DNA of 64,000 nucleotides, from the IMG/VR virus record IMGVR_UViG_3300034122_002094. The stretch is one strand, 5' to 3'. The position numbers were made by a program, and so were the translations under genes. The first letter of the stretch is position 1. Every line of letters begins with the position of its first letter. The notes beneath the pieces were generated by a model, which searched no databases, had not been told where the DNA came from, and saw nothing but the letters and a program-made list of their open reading frames with translations. Origin of the DNA: a virus. Shown here piece after piece: positions 20,998 to 33,157 of this stretch.

Positions 20998-22134
20998 ATG
21001 ATCAATCTCAATGAAATGTCAGTAGAAAACATCAATCAGATCAAGCTGTTGGCCAAGATCTATGACACAAAGTCAGACGACGCTCAGCCGATTATCAACA
21101 TGTTCCTTGACATGTTCGGTCGGGACTACTTGATCGAGGACCACTTCGAGCTGTGCTGGTGGCTGTTTCATCTGGAGCACGCGGAGCACAGAGATGCTCT
21201 TGACATTATCACCAACATCTACAACGAGAAGAAGCACCGAGCGTGGGGATCGCTATTTGCGCCCACTGAAAACCTGATCGAGCTGCCTCAGTTCATCGGC
21301 GATGCTTACAGTGCTGCTGATGTCGAGAGCTTCCTGATGACAGCTTCAAAGCTCGGGCATCGCTTCTTTGATCATCCCTCACTGCCGAAGCTGCGCAGAT
21401 CTATCATCCTCGACTTCGATGACGAGCAGGCGCAGAGGATCAACTACTTCTCGGCAGGGCACCATCTACCGCTGCGCTACTGTGGAGCAGGCATCCTCGT
21501 GCCTCACGTCAGAGACTATATGCCGTGGACCCTCATGCCAAAGCAGAATGTCCACAGGGCCATCCTGGACGTCAACGTCGCTGAGATCAACCAAGATCCG
21601 CTGGTTGATGAAGGTGACTCGGTCAGTCAGGCTGTCCATGATATGGACTGTTTGTGTGACATGGAGTTTCGTGATGGTCGCGTCGACAGTCGCAAGAGTG
21701 CTGTGATCGACCATCGACTCGCCGCTCTGGCTGAGAAGTTCTTTCCCCATCGCGATCCTTATGACGTGATGGTGCGCATCTCCCCGATCACTGATGGTGC
21801 TGTGTCGAAGACCTACCGCTCAAAGAGCATGAAGCTGACCTTCAGTCACAAGGAGGACCGTGTCAGGATCTCTTCTCGCTACTATGTAGCAGAGGGTAAC
21901 GATGACCCGATCTCTTATGCGAAGGTCATGGCCAGGGTTCGGCTGTGGGCTGCCGAGGACGGCGCAAACAACGTCGTGATGTCCGGCGTCGACACACATG
22001 CCGAGTTCACTGTCTGGCCCTCTGTGCAAACTCAAGAGCCTTTTGACTATTTTGACACGCTCTTGGAGTCAGGCGCGACTGTCTGTCTTCGTCAAATCGT
22101 CCCGCGTCTCACGCTCAGGCGTTATCCTGTCTGA
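20998..22134 (+). CDS. hypothetical protein, related to 23710-24816
   Basis: Shared KKHRAWG..L...LPxFIGD and QxxRIN segments. Confidence 0.75.
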   Translation: MINLNEMSVENINQIKLLAKIYDTKSDDAQPIINMFLDMFGRDYLIEDHFELCWWLFHLEHAEHRDALDIITNIYNEKKHRAWGSLFAPTENLIELPQFIGDAYSAADVESFLMTASKLGHRFFDHPSLPKLRRSIILDFDDEQAQRINYFSAGHHLPLRYCGAGILVPHVRDYMPWTLMPKQNVHRAILDVNVAEINQDPLVDEGDSVSQAVHDMDCLCDMEFRDGRVDSRKSAVIDHRLAALAEKFFPHRDPYDVMVRISPITDGAVSKTYRSKSMKLTFSHKEDRVRISSRYYVAEGNDDPISYAKVMARVRLWAAEDGANNVVMSGVDTHAEFTVWPSVQTQEPFDYFDTLLESGATVCLRQIVPRLTLRRYPV

Positions 22135-22195
22135 TCGTCAGGCAAGTGGTATCATCCACTCATGTGGTGGTATCACTCGCATCGCTGATGATGCG
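22134..22195 (+). repeat. intercistronic structured element, copy 2
   Basis: Same flanks, different inner hairpin. Confidence 0.85.
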
Positions 22196-22211
22196 TTCAC
22201 AGGAGTCTCAA

Positions 22212-25200
22212 ATGTCCGCCGATAACAACACCGTCGCTCCCATTGCCCGCCCGACTCCCTACTACACCCACAGCACCAACTCCTCGCGCAACGAGGAGAC
22301 TGGCCACAACACCGACATCCGATTCGGCAAGCAGATCGGTCCTCGCTACATCGATCTCCAGCTCTACCGTCGAAACGGCGGCACCGAGCTGTATGTGAGC
22401 AGCTATGTCAGCTACGATGCGATGGTGGTGCTCAACGCTCCGAGCATCCACGCCAGCAAGTGGCACCTCTATGACAGCATGGACCAGCAGCGATGCAAGG
22501 CCTATGGCATCAAGGGCAGCCAGTTTGAGGATCTGGTGGCTGCGATCAAGGAGGAGATCCCCGAGGATGTTGCGGACGTGTGGCAGGAGGTGATGTACCT
22601 CGTCTGCCTCATCACTGAGGAGCCGCTCTATAACCTCATCTCGCCGCATCGCGAGAACGCCTACAACAGCCACAAGAAGGCGATCTTCGGGCCGTGGGGC
22701 GCCGAGTACAAGCCCTTTGTACCCGTCAAGCCGGACATGGGTGATCTGTCGCCGATCCAGTGGTTGCAGCGCAACTGGTGGATCGATGGTGTTGGTCGTG
22801 TCTGCGTCGGCGATGGCCCCTGCTACTTCTGATCTGGAGGCCGACTCGGCATCACAAGATGCGCATTTTTCGTGTGCGTTTTGTGGTGCTGTGTCGCGCG
22901 TTTTTCAGGAACGTGTCGATCTGGTCCAGTCAAGTCTTACTGGTCCAGAAATTTTAGTGCATCAACCCAAAAGCCTCAAGGAACTCTTATGGAGCCCAAC
23001 AAACTCAAAATCGCGAGCATGAACACCGCCATTGAACAGGCGCGGCTTATCCGGGAAGACATGCTCCGCAACCCCAGACCACACCAGGATCTCAGCAAGA
23101 GAGTCGACTGGAAGGTCGTCGCTCGCGCATGTGTGACAGACACTCGCGGGTCTTCCCTTCTGAGGATCGACTCTTGGCGCTACTTCGATAACAAGTCGAT
23201 GGGAATTGACAAGACAGATGCTGATCAAGCGCCAGAGATCTTCAAGATCGTCTCGGGTATCCTTGCCCCGCAAGGTATCCGTTGGGATAAGCGCTCTTAT
23301 TATAAAGTGAAACAGATTGACTATGAGACACCTGACATCAGATGGGTGATCCCTGACCGCTTCTCAGAAGACGGTCTCATCGGCGCCATGCGGTTGTTCT
23401 GGCCTGTCGAGGTTGAGACAGCTTGGCGAGAGCGTTATGCTCTCTGCTACAACACCATCAGAAAGACCACCATTGGAGCTGAAGCCTACCAATTGGCCCA
23501 GTATCTGATCGGCAATGCTCACGACTGGCGCTACAACTCGGAGGACCCCTATCCTGGCATCCCGACGCAATGCGTGAGCATCGCTGAGAAGATCCACGAG
23601 TGCAACAGAAACTACTGGACGCATACGCGCGGCGCTCGCAGCGGTCGCAAGCTCATCTCCGAACTCAAGAAGATCATCTGATCTGTCAACAGCCTCATAA
23701 GGAAGCATCATGGTCACGTTCAATGCACCAAACATCGCAGAAGAGTACATCCGCCGCTGGGGCCGCGAGTATCGCATCGAAGATCATCTCTCGATCTCAA
23801 AGTTCATGTTCCTCATGGAGGAGCACAAGGACAAAGAGGTCGTAGCCGAAGTTGTGGCGATGCTCACGAACATGGTCCTCGACAAGAAGCATCGCGCTTG
23901 GGGGCCGCTCTATGGCAAGACAACTGCTGTCGAGCAACTACCTCCTTTCATCGGCGACATGAATGATCCGGCTCAAGTTCAGGATCTGCTCGACAAGGTC
24001 GTCGCCTTCTGTAAGCCCTACAAGAAGCCTTTTGCGGTCGAGGACATCGCAGACGAGATCCTCTATGGTGACAAGCCCATCTCTGAGCGCGAGAACACAC
24101 TAGTCCATGCGCTCGCTCGCCTCACAGAAGATCAGTCTCGTCGGATCAACTGCTTGTCAGCAGAGTATCGAGAGGGGCTGTGCTACGGCGCTGTCGGCTT
24201 CTTTCAGTTTGACCACAAGGCGCCTCTCAAGCGTCGCTTCGTCAGAAGCACCAGTCCAGCGATGCTCAGTCTGGCTCAGGTCGAGAAGGTATCAATCTCG
24301 GATAAGCCGACAGATGAGCAGAACACCAACGCCAAGATCGTCCTCCAGTTCTTCATGGAGCACAGCGAATCGGTCGAGAGCATGATCGACAACACTCATG
24401 ACTACACTGTGCTCACAGGTTCAGCGCTTGTTGAGCAGATCTGTAACGCAATCTCTCATGCAAGAGGTAGAGGTCCGCTGCCGATCTCGCCGGTCAATGG
24501 ATGGATGCTTGACCAGCACACCATCATTGAGCACAGCATGGTCACTATCCTGGCTGGCGGTGATGGCTCTCAGCAGATGACCTCTCTTTGCTCCATGTAC
24601 AAAGGCCCGAGCGTGTCATCGATCTGCGGCTTGGAGTTTGAGCTCTTGGAGTATGACGGCAGCAGCTCAGACATCGCGACCCAGCTACGCATGGATCATG
24701 TCATCGCAAGCTATCAGACCAAGAGCATCACCACCAAAGCTGCTGATACAGCGATGGCAGCGAAGCTCATGTGTCTGCCAGCGCCGGATCTCAACGCCTC
24801 AAAGAGCGATCGCTAAAATATCGTTGCATCAAATTTAATGATGCAGCATGAAGGAATGGTGCAGCGCTCGCTGCGCGGAACCATTCCACTCTACATGGAA
24901 GACGTCATCATGAATCTGACCAAGCTCTCTCAAGACATGTCTCGCGATCGCATCTACGACCGCATGGGCCGGACCCAGTTCTCTGGCACACTCCCCTACT
25001 CGAAGGGACACGATGATGCGCGCCGCCGTATGGCTGTCATCATCCAGACCCGCAAGCTTGCGAGAAAGCTTGATGCGGTGGCTCGCAAGACCGCTGACAT
25101 CCGAGCTCGCTCGCTCAACGACAGAAGCTATGCCAAGCAGCTCTTGGAGCTGGAGCGCACCATGTCCGTTCTGCAAGAGAAGATGTGGGCGGTGCGCAGT

Positions 25201-25690
25201 CACTACACCTGCCGCGAGAACAGAGGCCGTCGCTCTCGCAAGAGCGATCGCTAAAATATCGTTGCAACAAAATTAGTGATGCCCTATAAAAAAATGGTGC
25301 CGCAACCCATGCCGCAAGGCAAAACAACAAATGGAGAATCCGATGCCCCTCTCTATCGTCATGCCTCTGCTTGAGAACTGCTCCGACTATCAGTGCCACT
25401 GTGTCAAGACATGCGAGCCAGGCTCAGCTCTCGCTCTGTGCTTCGCTCGCAATCGCACGACCATGCTTCGGCGAGAGCTGGCATGGGCCGAACAAGCGGA
25501 GGCCCGCGCTGCTCGTCTGGCATCTGCTGAGACTGTGCTCGGTCACTATGCCCGAGGCTACAACGGATCTGATTTTTATGAGGGTTACATCCTCGGCTAT
25601 GATGGTGAGTCAGACGAGTATGAGCTGACGCAAGAGGACGACAGCTCTATCTGGATCGAAGCCAAGACGATGATTCTTCAGATCAACTGA
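22212..25690 (+). other. hypothetical genes 22212-22832, 22989-23681, 23710-24816, 24910-25254, 25343-25690
   Basis: RBS-preceded + strand ORFs. Confidence 0.7.
24809..24852 (+). promoter_or_regulatory. repeated promoter cassette (representative copy)
   Basis: TCGTTGCA...TAGTG...-10 family with 17-bp spacer; -35 hexamers at 24824, 25262, 28905, 30984, 34246, 41336, 46219, 50036, 57476. Confidence 0.8.
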
Positions 25691-25753
25691 TCGTCAGGCA
25701 AGCGGCATCATCACTCTAGCTGTGGTGGTGTCGCTCGTATCGCTGATGATACG
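25690..25753 (+). repeat. intercistronic structured element, copy 3
   Basis: CGTATC/GATACG variant of the 3' helix. Confidence 0.85.
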
Positions 25754-26744
25754 CTAACAGGAGTCCATCATGCCCCTCAAGCAGTTCACTGTGTCTGGTC
25801 TCAACACTGACATCGCTTCGCGCGACGGCATCTATCGTCTCGCTGAGCGTGGCGACGCCAACGATCAGGGCCTCACCTTCGAGGAGTGGGCGTGCGCTGT
25901 CTGCTGCGATATGCAGTTTGACCGCAGCAACACCGCCTACAACTCTATGCTGCTCAAGCTCCGCTATGGCGGTGAGCTTTATAAGCGTTCTGAGCAGCTC
26001 TTTGGCATGGCCTCTGAGGCTGTCCGCAAGATCCTCCTGCACGAGTGGTATGAGGGCGTTGATCCCTCCGAGCTGCGCGTCAAGTTCTCCAAGATCAATA
26101 GCGAGGTGGCATGATGAACAAGCATCAGCATGTCTTCAAGAGCGAGAAGCCTTCCTGCCCCTGCTGTGGCGAGTCACTCTCCCTCGTGGCGGCCAACATC
26201 GACGGCGTGACCTTCACGCTCGGCTGCATCAACTGCAACCCTGAGTCTGACTGGGATCAGGTCGAGGCCCAGATCGCTGCGGCTGTGGCTGTCTGTTCGG
26301 GGAGGGACTGATGTACTACATGCCCCACTTCTGCCTCGGTATGCGCTGGAAGCTGTTCGATATTGCTCGGCAGCTCCCAGATCATACCAAGCATGGCCTG
26401 TCTATCTCAGAGGCGATCTTCACATGGCCGATCGGCTATGTGCTGGGTGATGAGCGCACAGGTGAGATGCGCTTTCACTTCGACGGTCCTCATCTGCGGA
26501 TCGTCAACACCCTCACTCGCAAGGAGATCATCGTCGAGAAGGTCAAGGTATCTGACTTTGTTGATCTCGGCCATACGCTGCTAAGTCGTCATGGTCTCTC
26601 TGATCACGAAGAGAAGATGATCGGCATCGTTGATCGCGCTTTGCAGGATACCTACTGGGATAACATCAAGGATTATCTCAAGTGGAGCAAAGACTTTTAC
26701 TCAAAAGGTCGGCTTGAACAGCAAGGCTACGAGTTCGCATACTG

Positions 26745-26806
26745 ATCGTCAGGCAAGTGGAGCTGCTACGCATGGTAGCAGCTCCACTCGTATCGCTGAT
26801 GATACG
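26745..26806 (+). repeat. intercistronic structured element, copy 4
   Basis: Perfect 14-bp inner stem AGTGGAGCTGCTAC/GTAGCAGCTCCACT. Confidence 0.85.
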
Positions 26807-29624
26807 TCAACAGGAGTATATCATGCTCATCGAGGATAGAAGTGCTCAACACACTTCTTATCACGAGATCTATGCTCGTGCTCAGAGATTTGGCGCCAGT
26901 GTATCTGATCGGAATCGGCTGGCCAAACTCGATGAAGATCGACTCGCGCATGGGCGCGCAGTTCTGGCCAAGGCTTTGCCTCTGGGTCGGGGCTCCACCT
27001 CGTGGTTACTCGCAGTCGCCCTCACGCCCATCATCCATCCGAAAGGAGACGCAATCTCCAAGATGGATCGCACACCACGCTTGCTCGCTGCTCTTGAGGC
27101 CGTGAATCTGAAGCCTTCAGGTCCTCTGGCCGAATGGGCTGGCGAAGACTCAGCGTGGACATCGGCGACGATTGATCTAGAAGATGGATCGGCGCTGTCT
27201 CTTGTCGTGGGATGGCACAAGGGATGGCATCGTCAGCCCAGTCCGTGGGTTTACGACTACGCCCAGATCAGCGTGATGCAGCCAGCTATCCTTGGTGGTG
27301 GCTGGCACTTGATGGATGAATGCACCCTCGATAACAAAGGCAATCGACGGTAGCTAGCATATAACGCTCATAGGAGGATCTCATGTCAGAAAACAAGTGG
27401 CACAAGCATGATCGGCCAGACAACACCACCATCCCTCTGTCTTGGTACAGTGATGTCGTGATTCATGGCTATACGTTCTCAGCTCAGATCATCGCGTACA
27501 ATTCTCGTGGCAATGGCCCGTACACGATCAGGACTGGCTTCATCGGATCTGTGCTGCAAGACGAGTGGTCATATGAGTACCATGACCAGCCTGAGCGAGT
27601 GCTCAAGGATGCGATGGATCTCGCTATCGTTCTGCGCGATAGCCTCGCTGGAGCAATCATCCAATCATGATCAGGCGCTACACTGAGAAGTTTCCGCAAG
27701 GCAGCTTACAACCTGAGGACGTCAACCTCTCGCATATGAGTGCCCTCGCCAAGAGAGACGGCAAAGATCTCTGGTTCGCCTGTTGGAAGACAGACGAAAC
27801 TGGCCGGATTGCGGCGTGGTCTCTTGGCAACACAGAAGCCGAGGCTCTTCAAAATCTGGCACTCAAGTGCCGAGATCGGCATGAAGCAATTCAGCTAGCT
27901 CACAAACAGAACCTGTTCTAACCAATATCTGAGAGGGGCTCTGAAATGGTGAACAGAATCACTGAGAAGTACCCACAGGGCAGCCGCGACGGTATCAACC
28001 TCTCTCTGCTGAGCGCGTGGGCGCAACAAGACGGCGAAGAGCTTTGGATCGCCTATTGGCAAGCATACGCCCCACCTCACGCTGTTGCGTGGGCGATTGC
28101 TGACACAGAAGAGAAGGCGATCGCCAAGCTCTCGCGCCGCTGCTCAGAGAGCGATGCAGTTCTGAGAGCTAAACACCGCTAAAACAAACCAACCTGACAG
28201 GAGTTCCCCATGACCGGATGCAAGTTCACTGTGACCAAGACGCGCGGCGGATGCTGCCTCAAGATCGAGCGCACAACCAAAGGCTTCTTTGGTAACGATG
28301 TGATGTCAGACCAGCGCAACTTCCAGGACCGTACTCCCGCCGAGGTAAATCAGCTCAAGCGCATGGTCGCTCAGGCTGGTGACGATCTCAACAAGCTCGA
28401 TGATCTGTTGGCCGCTGCTGGCTGGCACTAACAACCGAGGAGAATCTCATGAAAACAATTATGACCCCAGTGGTCCTCGCCCTCGACTTCGTGAACCTCA
28501 AGACGACAGAGCACGCCCTGTTCTTTGTCACTGATGAAGATCCTGGCGACGAAGAGCCGCCAGAGAGCGCAGTCAAGAATCACAAAGAGCTATGCTACCA
28601 AGTCGGCATGTGGGTGATCGGCATGATGGCCCCATCTCTCTCCAATGAGGGGCGACACAGTCGCATCAGGCCGCTGTGGGAAGAGAAGATTGGTAGCACC
28701 GCCACCAGCGACTACGACCTCCACGACGAGAACTGGGATGAGATCCTTCGCTCATGGATCTGCGCTTTGGAAGCAGACATGCTCAAGACCAGCGCCGCCA
28801 AGTTCTCCATCTCCCACAAGATCGGCACCAAGTTCACCGGCAACGGCACTATCGGTGTCGATATGACCGACCTCTACTGAACAACAGCGATCTCTAAAAT
28901 ATCGTTGCGATAAATTTAGTGATCGCATATCACAAAATGGTGCGCGGCATCACGCCGCCATCATGAATCAAACCCAAGCATCAAGGAACGCATCATGTCC
29001 ATCTCCCTCGACAAGCATCTCAAAGTCACCTACCGCCTCAATGACATCACATGTCACTTCACGAGCAAGCCCATCTATGTGGATCGCATCTTCGAGGTCC
29101 TTGCGCTCAACGAGAAGCTCAGCGTTCACTGCTGTTCAGGCACTGGTTCTGCTGAGTGCTGGCCCCGTGGGATCATCTGCTCGACCAACGAGAAGTACAA
29201 CAGCGAGAAGCACGGTGAGAAGCTCTCTGATTTTGAGATGGATAACAGCACCGCTGGCGACGACGTCAGCTACTTCGGCTGGTCTGATCTGCACGCGATG
29301 CCTGTGGCAGAGGTGCAGGACTTCAAGGACTTCGCCGAAGACTTCCGCGACCTCGGGCATCGAGACATCGACAACAGCGACATGTACACGCCCTACCACT
29401 GGGACCTCGATGAGATCCTCGGCGTCAAGAAGAGCCTGAGCGAAGTGATCGCGCAAGTCGATCACACTGAGAGACACAGCTTTGTGGATGAGAATGGCCA
29501 CACGATCCTCGTCGCTATCTCCGCCCCTGAGGCTGGCACTCCCAAAGGCTATCTCGTCGATGACAAAGAGAAGTGGCAGGACGGCCAGTGGCTTGATCCC
29601 AACCGCTATGACAAAAAGTAGTAG

Positions 29625-29686
29625 ATCGTGATGCGCTGGGAGCTATGAGCTGTCCTCGTAGCTTCCGCCGTATCAATCACGATACG
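29625..29686 (+). repeat. intercistronic structured element, divergent copy 5
   Basis: ATCGTGAT/ATCACGAT outer helix and CGTATC/GATACG 3' helix; same 62-nt length. Confidence 0.75.
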
Positions 29687-32377
29687 CCAACAGGAGTCTT
29701 TCATGAAGCATCAGATCGGACTCACCTCTGCGATGAATCTCATCCGCATCATCCAGGATCAGCCAGACCTGAACATCGAGCATCGCGAGACCTGCTGCGC
29801 AACGGCGCTGCTCGATGCGCTCGATTGGCGAGACACCTGCTACACCGAGGCACACAAGCGGTCCTTTGAGTACAAGCAGAAGCGCGCCAAGGACTACGCC
29901 TACCACATTCAGGCGCTTCGCGACAAGTACACCGCCTACATGGTCTGGCCACAGTATGTCCGCGATCAGTACCGCCGCAACCTGGCCGCTCACGACAACA
30001 TCATCCGGCTCGACAAGATCCTGGAAGATGCGCGTGCTGCTGGCTGGCTGGTGGACAAGGGTACCTCCATCTTCGGCACTGAGGCGACTCTCACCAGCGA
30101 GGCGGGAGACCTGATCTTGCTCAAGTGGGACTGTGCTCGCTCCGCTGGCCCGGGTATCCTCGGGACGACTGGCTACATCGCTCGGCTGTACATCGCCAAG
30201 AACAAGATCGAGGGAATCGTGAACAACGACTTCACCGAGATCAACACGTTCGCCGATGCACTCGCCGCGCTCAATTAACAAAAAACACAAGAGAGGTCCG
30301 TTATGGAAGAGTGTCCCAAAGAGATCGCTGAGCTGGCATCCGAGCATGACTTCAATCGAGTGATGCACGGCTTCCCCAGCGATCAAGCCGCAGAGGCCTA
30401 CTTCGCAGGTGAACTGCTGCGCAACAGCGACATCGTAAGCTGCCCAGAGATCGTCACGTTCAATGGAGAGATCTATCTGATCTACTTCGACGATACCAAT
30501 GAGGAAGACGACATCCCTCTGGTATTCGTCAAGTATGAACCACCCCTCATCGGCAGGATCAGTCTCTGACTTCGACGACCTCCCAACTCCCTTGACATCG
30601 TCTGCCCTTCGCGGTAGGTGGTGTCAGTGGTTCGTTGTGAAAGAGGCACGATGACCCGTTCAAGATCTCCTCTCAGGTGGCACCGCACCTTCGCCACCGC
30701 GACAACATCCACCCGAACATTAAAGCCATGAAGGCCAGCCAATATGTGTAGAGACCCGCCCTGATCAGTCGCTCAGCCCATATTTATACCGAGCCAAGAT
30801 ACTCAAGACCTCGCTGTGAGGCGTCAAATAGCCCCGTAGAGGCTTTCTACGACCGAGCGTGAGTACAATCATGTAACAGACCCAAAGCTCTCAACCAAGA
30901 CGCTCGTTAGAGGTCTGGCCACAGAGCATCGGTGCCCCATTTTCCAGTAGTAATAAAAATGGCAACGAGGCCTAAAAATCTCGTTGCCATTTTAACAGTG
31001 TCACGCTATCAAGAGACATCAGCAAACAAGCTGACCCAGGACATGTCGTCCTGCTCATCCAAAGGTATCAGTCATGGCCCGTTCATTGAGCCCCATCCTG
31101 TTCGAGTTCGCAAACAACAACGCCGAGTTCCTCACGTCGTGGTGGCAGCGCCACCGGGCGACGAGCGATGCTGGCACGCCGGAGAAGAATCCCGGTCTCG
31201 ACGCGATCCTTCTCCGCTTCGCTGATGCGATGGCGTCCCCATGTCCGGCCTATCCGCAGGAGAAGCCAGAGGTCACGAACGAGCAGTTCGCCGCCTCAAG
31301 CGAGGCGTTCAAGGAGGCGTGTGAGCTGGCAGGTGTGAAGAACACCGCTCGTCAGGCCTCGAAGTTCCGCCGCAAGATGGGTGCGGCCTACAAGGTCCAT
31401 CGCGAGCTGAAGCGCGCCTAACTGCGGCAGTGTGTCGTGTGTTTTTCAGGTAGTGTCGCAAATATCAAGTGAAGTTTGATACTACCTGAAAATTTTGTAT
31501 CTCAACTCAAAAGGTTTCAAGATGAGCAATCAGAACAAGAATACCGATCGCCCCGCCTTCAAGAAGGCAAGCGACCTCTCCATGTTCCTCTACTGGCTGG
31601 AGCGTGCGGCTGCGCAAGGTGCGCAGATCAAGCATATCTTTCTGCCAGAAGATGGCGATGTCAACCGCATCCATGTGACATGGTATGCTGACGAGGTCGA
31701 TCCCAAGGTCAACCGAGTCATCTCGGCGCAGCTCACCGAGCTGCACAACCTGCCGAAGGAAGAGAGTGTCGCGCGTATCAAGCGGGCGATCGAAGCTGTG
31801 CCCCAGCTCTACTCTGTGTACTCGCAGAAGAAGGGCCTGGGTACGACGGTGAGCGGCATGTGTCTGCGAGACAACCGCTTCAAGCCTGACCAGAAGGCGC
31901 TGGTGATCTTCGCGCTCACCTACTTCTGCGAGGACATGGGCGTCGACTACTTTGACCTCAAGGTCGTCGATGATCGAGTGTCTGTCAGTCTGCCGCCCGA
32001 CAAGGCCTACGATGTCGGCAGGCGTCCTGCGCTCGTCTCTGCGCTGCTGGAGTTCCTCAATGACACCAGCGCCGCCAACCCTGGCTTCTGGGACGAGAAG
32101 GACGATGCAAAGCGCGTCGCGCGCTACATCAAGTCCTTCCAGCGCTTCGATCCCAAGACAGCTTGTCTGCGCATCTCTCGCAAGGCGAAGACCAAGACTG
32201 ACAATCGCCCCGTCATCGCCAAGCCCAAGCCCCAGCGTCAGCCGAAGCCGACGCAGAGTGAGCGTGTGAAGGCTCAGGTCGTCGCGGATCGTCGTCCAGC
32301 GAGCATCACAAGCGGCGAGGATCAGCCCAACGGCTGATCAGTTCTCTCAAGCGCCAGAGCCTCTCTCTGGCGCGTCA

Positions 32378-32451
32378 GCAGCGTTAGCATAATTGGATAA
32401 TGCAAGGATCTTCTAAGTCCTACCATGTGGGTTCAAGTCCCTCACGCTGTT
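32378..32451 (+). tRNA. tRNA-Arg(TCT)
   Basis: Acceptor GCAGCGT/ACGCTGT; anticodon arm AGGAT-CTTCTAA-GTCCT; GGTTCAAGTCC T-arm; no encoded CCA. Confidence 0.9.
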
Positions 32452-32732
32452 CTGGTGCCATAACCTCAAGCAGGAGTGTCAGTGATGGAAGACTACAAGC
32501 GCCAAATCAATCAGTGCGGACCATTTAACAACGAGCGCGAGGCCAAGTTCTGGATCTGCGGTGTCGAGCATGGCAATCCTGACGACTGCACCGACTACGG
32601 TGTGATCGAGATCGATGGGCAGTGGTATGCCTGCTATACGCGGATCATCGAGATCCGCTACCCTGACGAGCACGACCAGTACGAAGATGTCGTGCGCTTC
32701 ACCTCTCCCATCTAAGCTGTCAAGGAGACAAT

Positions 32733-33002
32733 GTGTACGTCTTCATCGCTGTGATCGTTATGTTCGGATTTATGTTGATCTTCGCTGTGGTGAGCGCTGC
32801 TCGCCAAGAGCGTGAGTCTCGATTGATGATCGAGAAGCACATGGATCGAAAACATCGAGAGATGTCTGATGCTCAGAAGATCCTGAACGTCTCGAACATC
32901 GAATACTTCGACAATATCGAGACACCTCTGTCCTGTGATGTCTCGTGTGACTCAACGTCCTGTGACGCTGGCTGCGATGGCGGCTCAGGCGGCGGGGACT
33001 GA
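32733..33002 (+). CDS. small membrane protein with SCD/G-rich tail
   Basis: N-terminal TM helix; C-terminal SCDSTSCDAGCDGGSGGGD. Confidence 0.6.
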   Translation: MYVFIAVIVMFGFMLIFAVVSAARQERESRLMIEKHMDRKHREMSDAQKILNVSNIEYFDNIETPLSCDVSCDSTSCDAGCDGGSGGGD

Positions 33003-33023
33003 TCTCTACGGGGGGGGGATCGA

Positions 33024-33096
33024 GGCGTTGTCTGCTAATGGTCAGGCGGTCGGACTTTCAATCCGAAGGTGCTGGGTTCAAATCCCGCCAACGCTA
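33024..33096 (+). tRNA. tRNA-Glu(TTC), somewhat atypical D and T arms
   Basis: Acceptor GGCGTTG/CAACGCT; TCGGA-CTTTCAA-TCCGA; GGTTCAAATCC. Confidence 0.8.
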
Positions 33097-33157
33097 CTGC
33101 GCGCAAGCGCCCTCAGAGTGTCTCCAGTGTCAAACCTCAAGCATCAAGAGAAGTATC

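Larger units (their letters stand above)
25770..32337 (+). other. small hypothetical genes (25770-26114, 26111-26311, 26311-26745, 26823-27353, 27383-27670, 27667-27921, 27946-28182, 28210-28431, 28449-28880, 28995-29621, 29703-30278, 30303-30569, 31074-31421, 31522-32337)
   Basis: RBS-preceded + strand ORFs; 27667 and 27946 are tandem paralogs (TEKxPQGS...NLS). Confidence 0.7.

Noticed and set aside
20905-29686. Hammerhead ribozyme (CTGATGA present) or integron attC identity for the repeated element
   Set aside because: No GAAA core or three-way junction, and copy 5 lacks CTGATGA. No RYYYAAC/GTTRRRY ends and no integrase in the window.
33010-33018. G9 tract as a phase-variation site
   Set aside because: Intergenic, upstream of a tRNA, and not within a coding frame or a recognisable promoter spacer.
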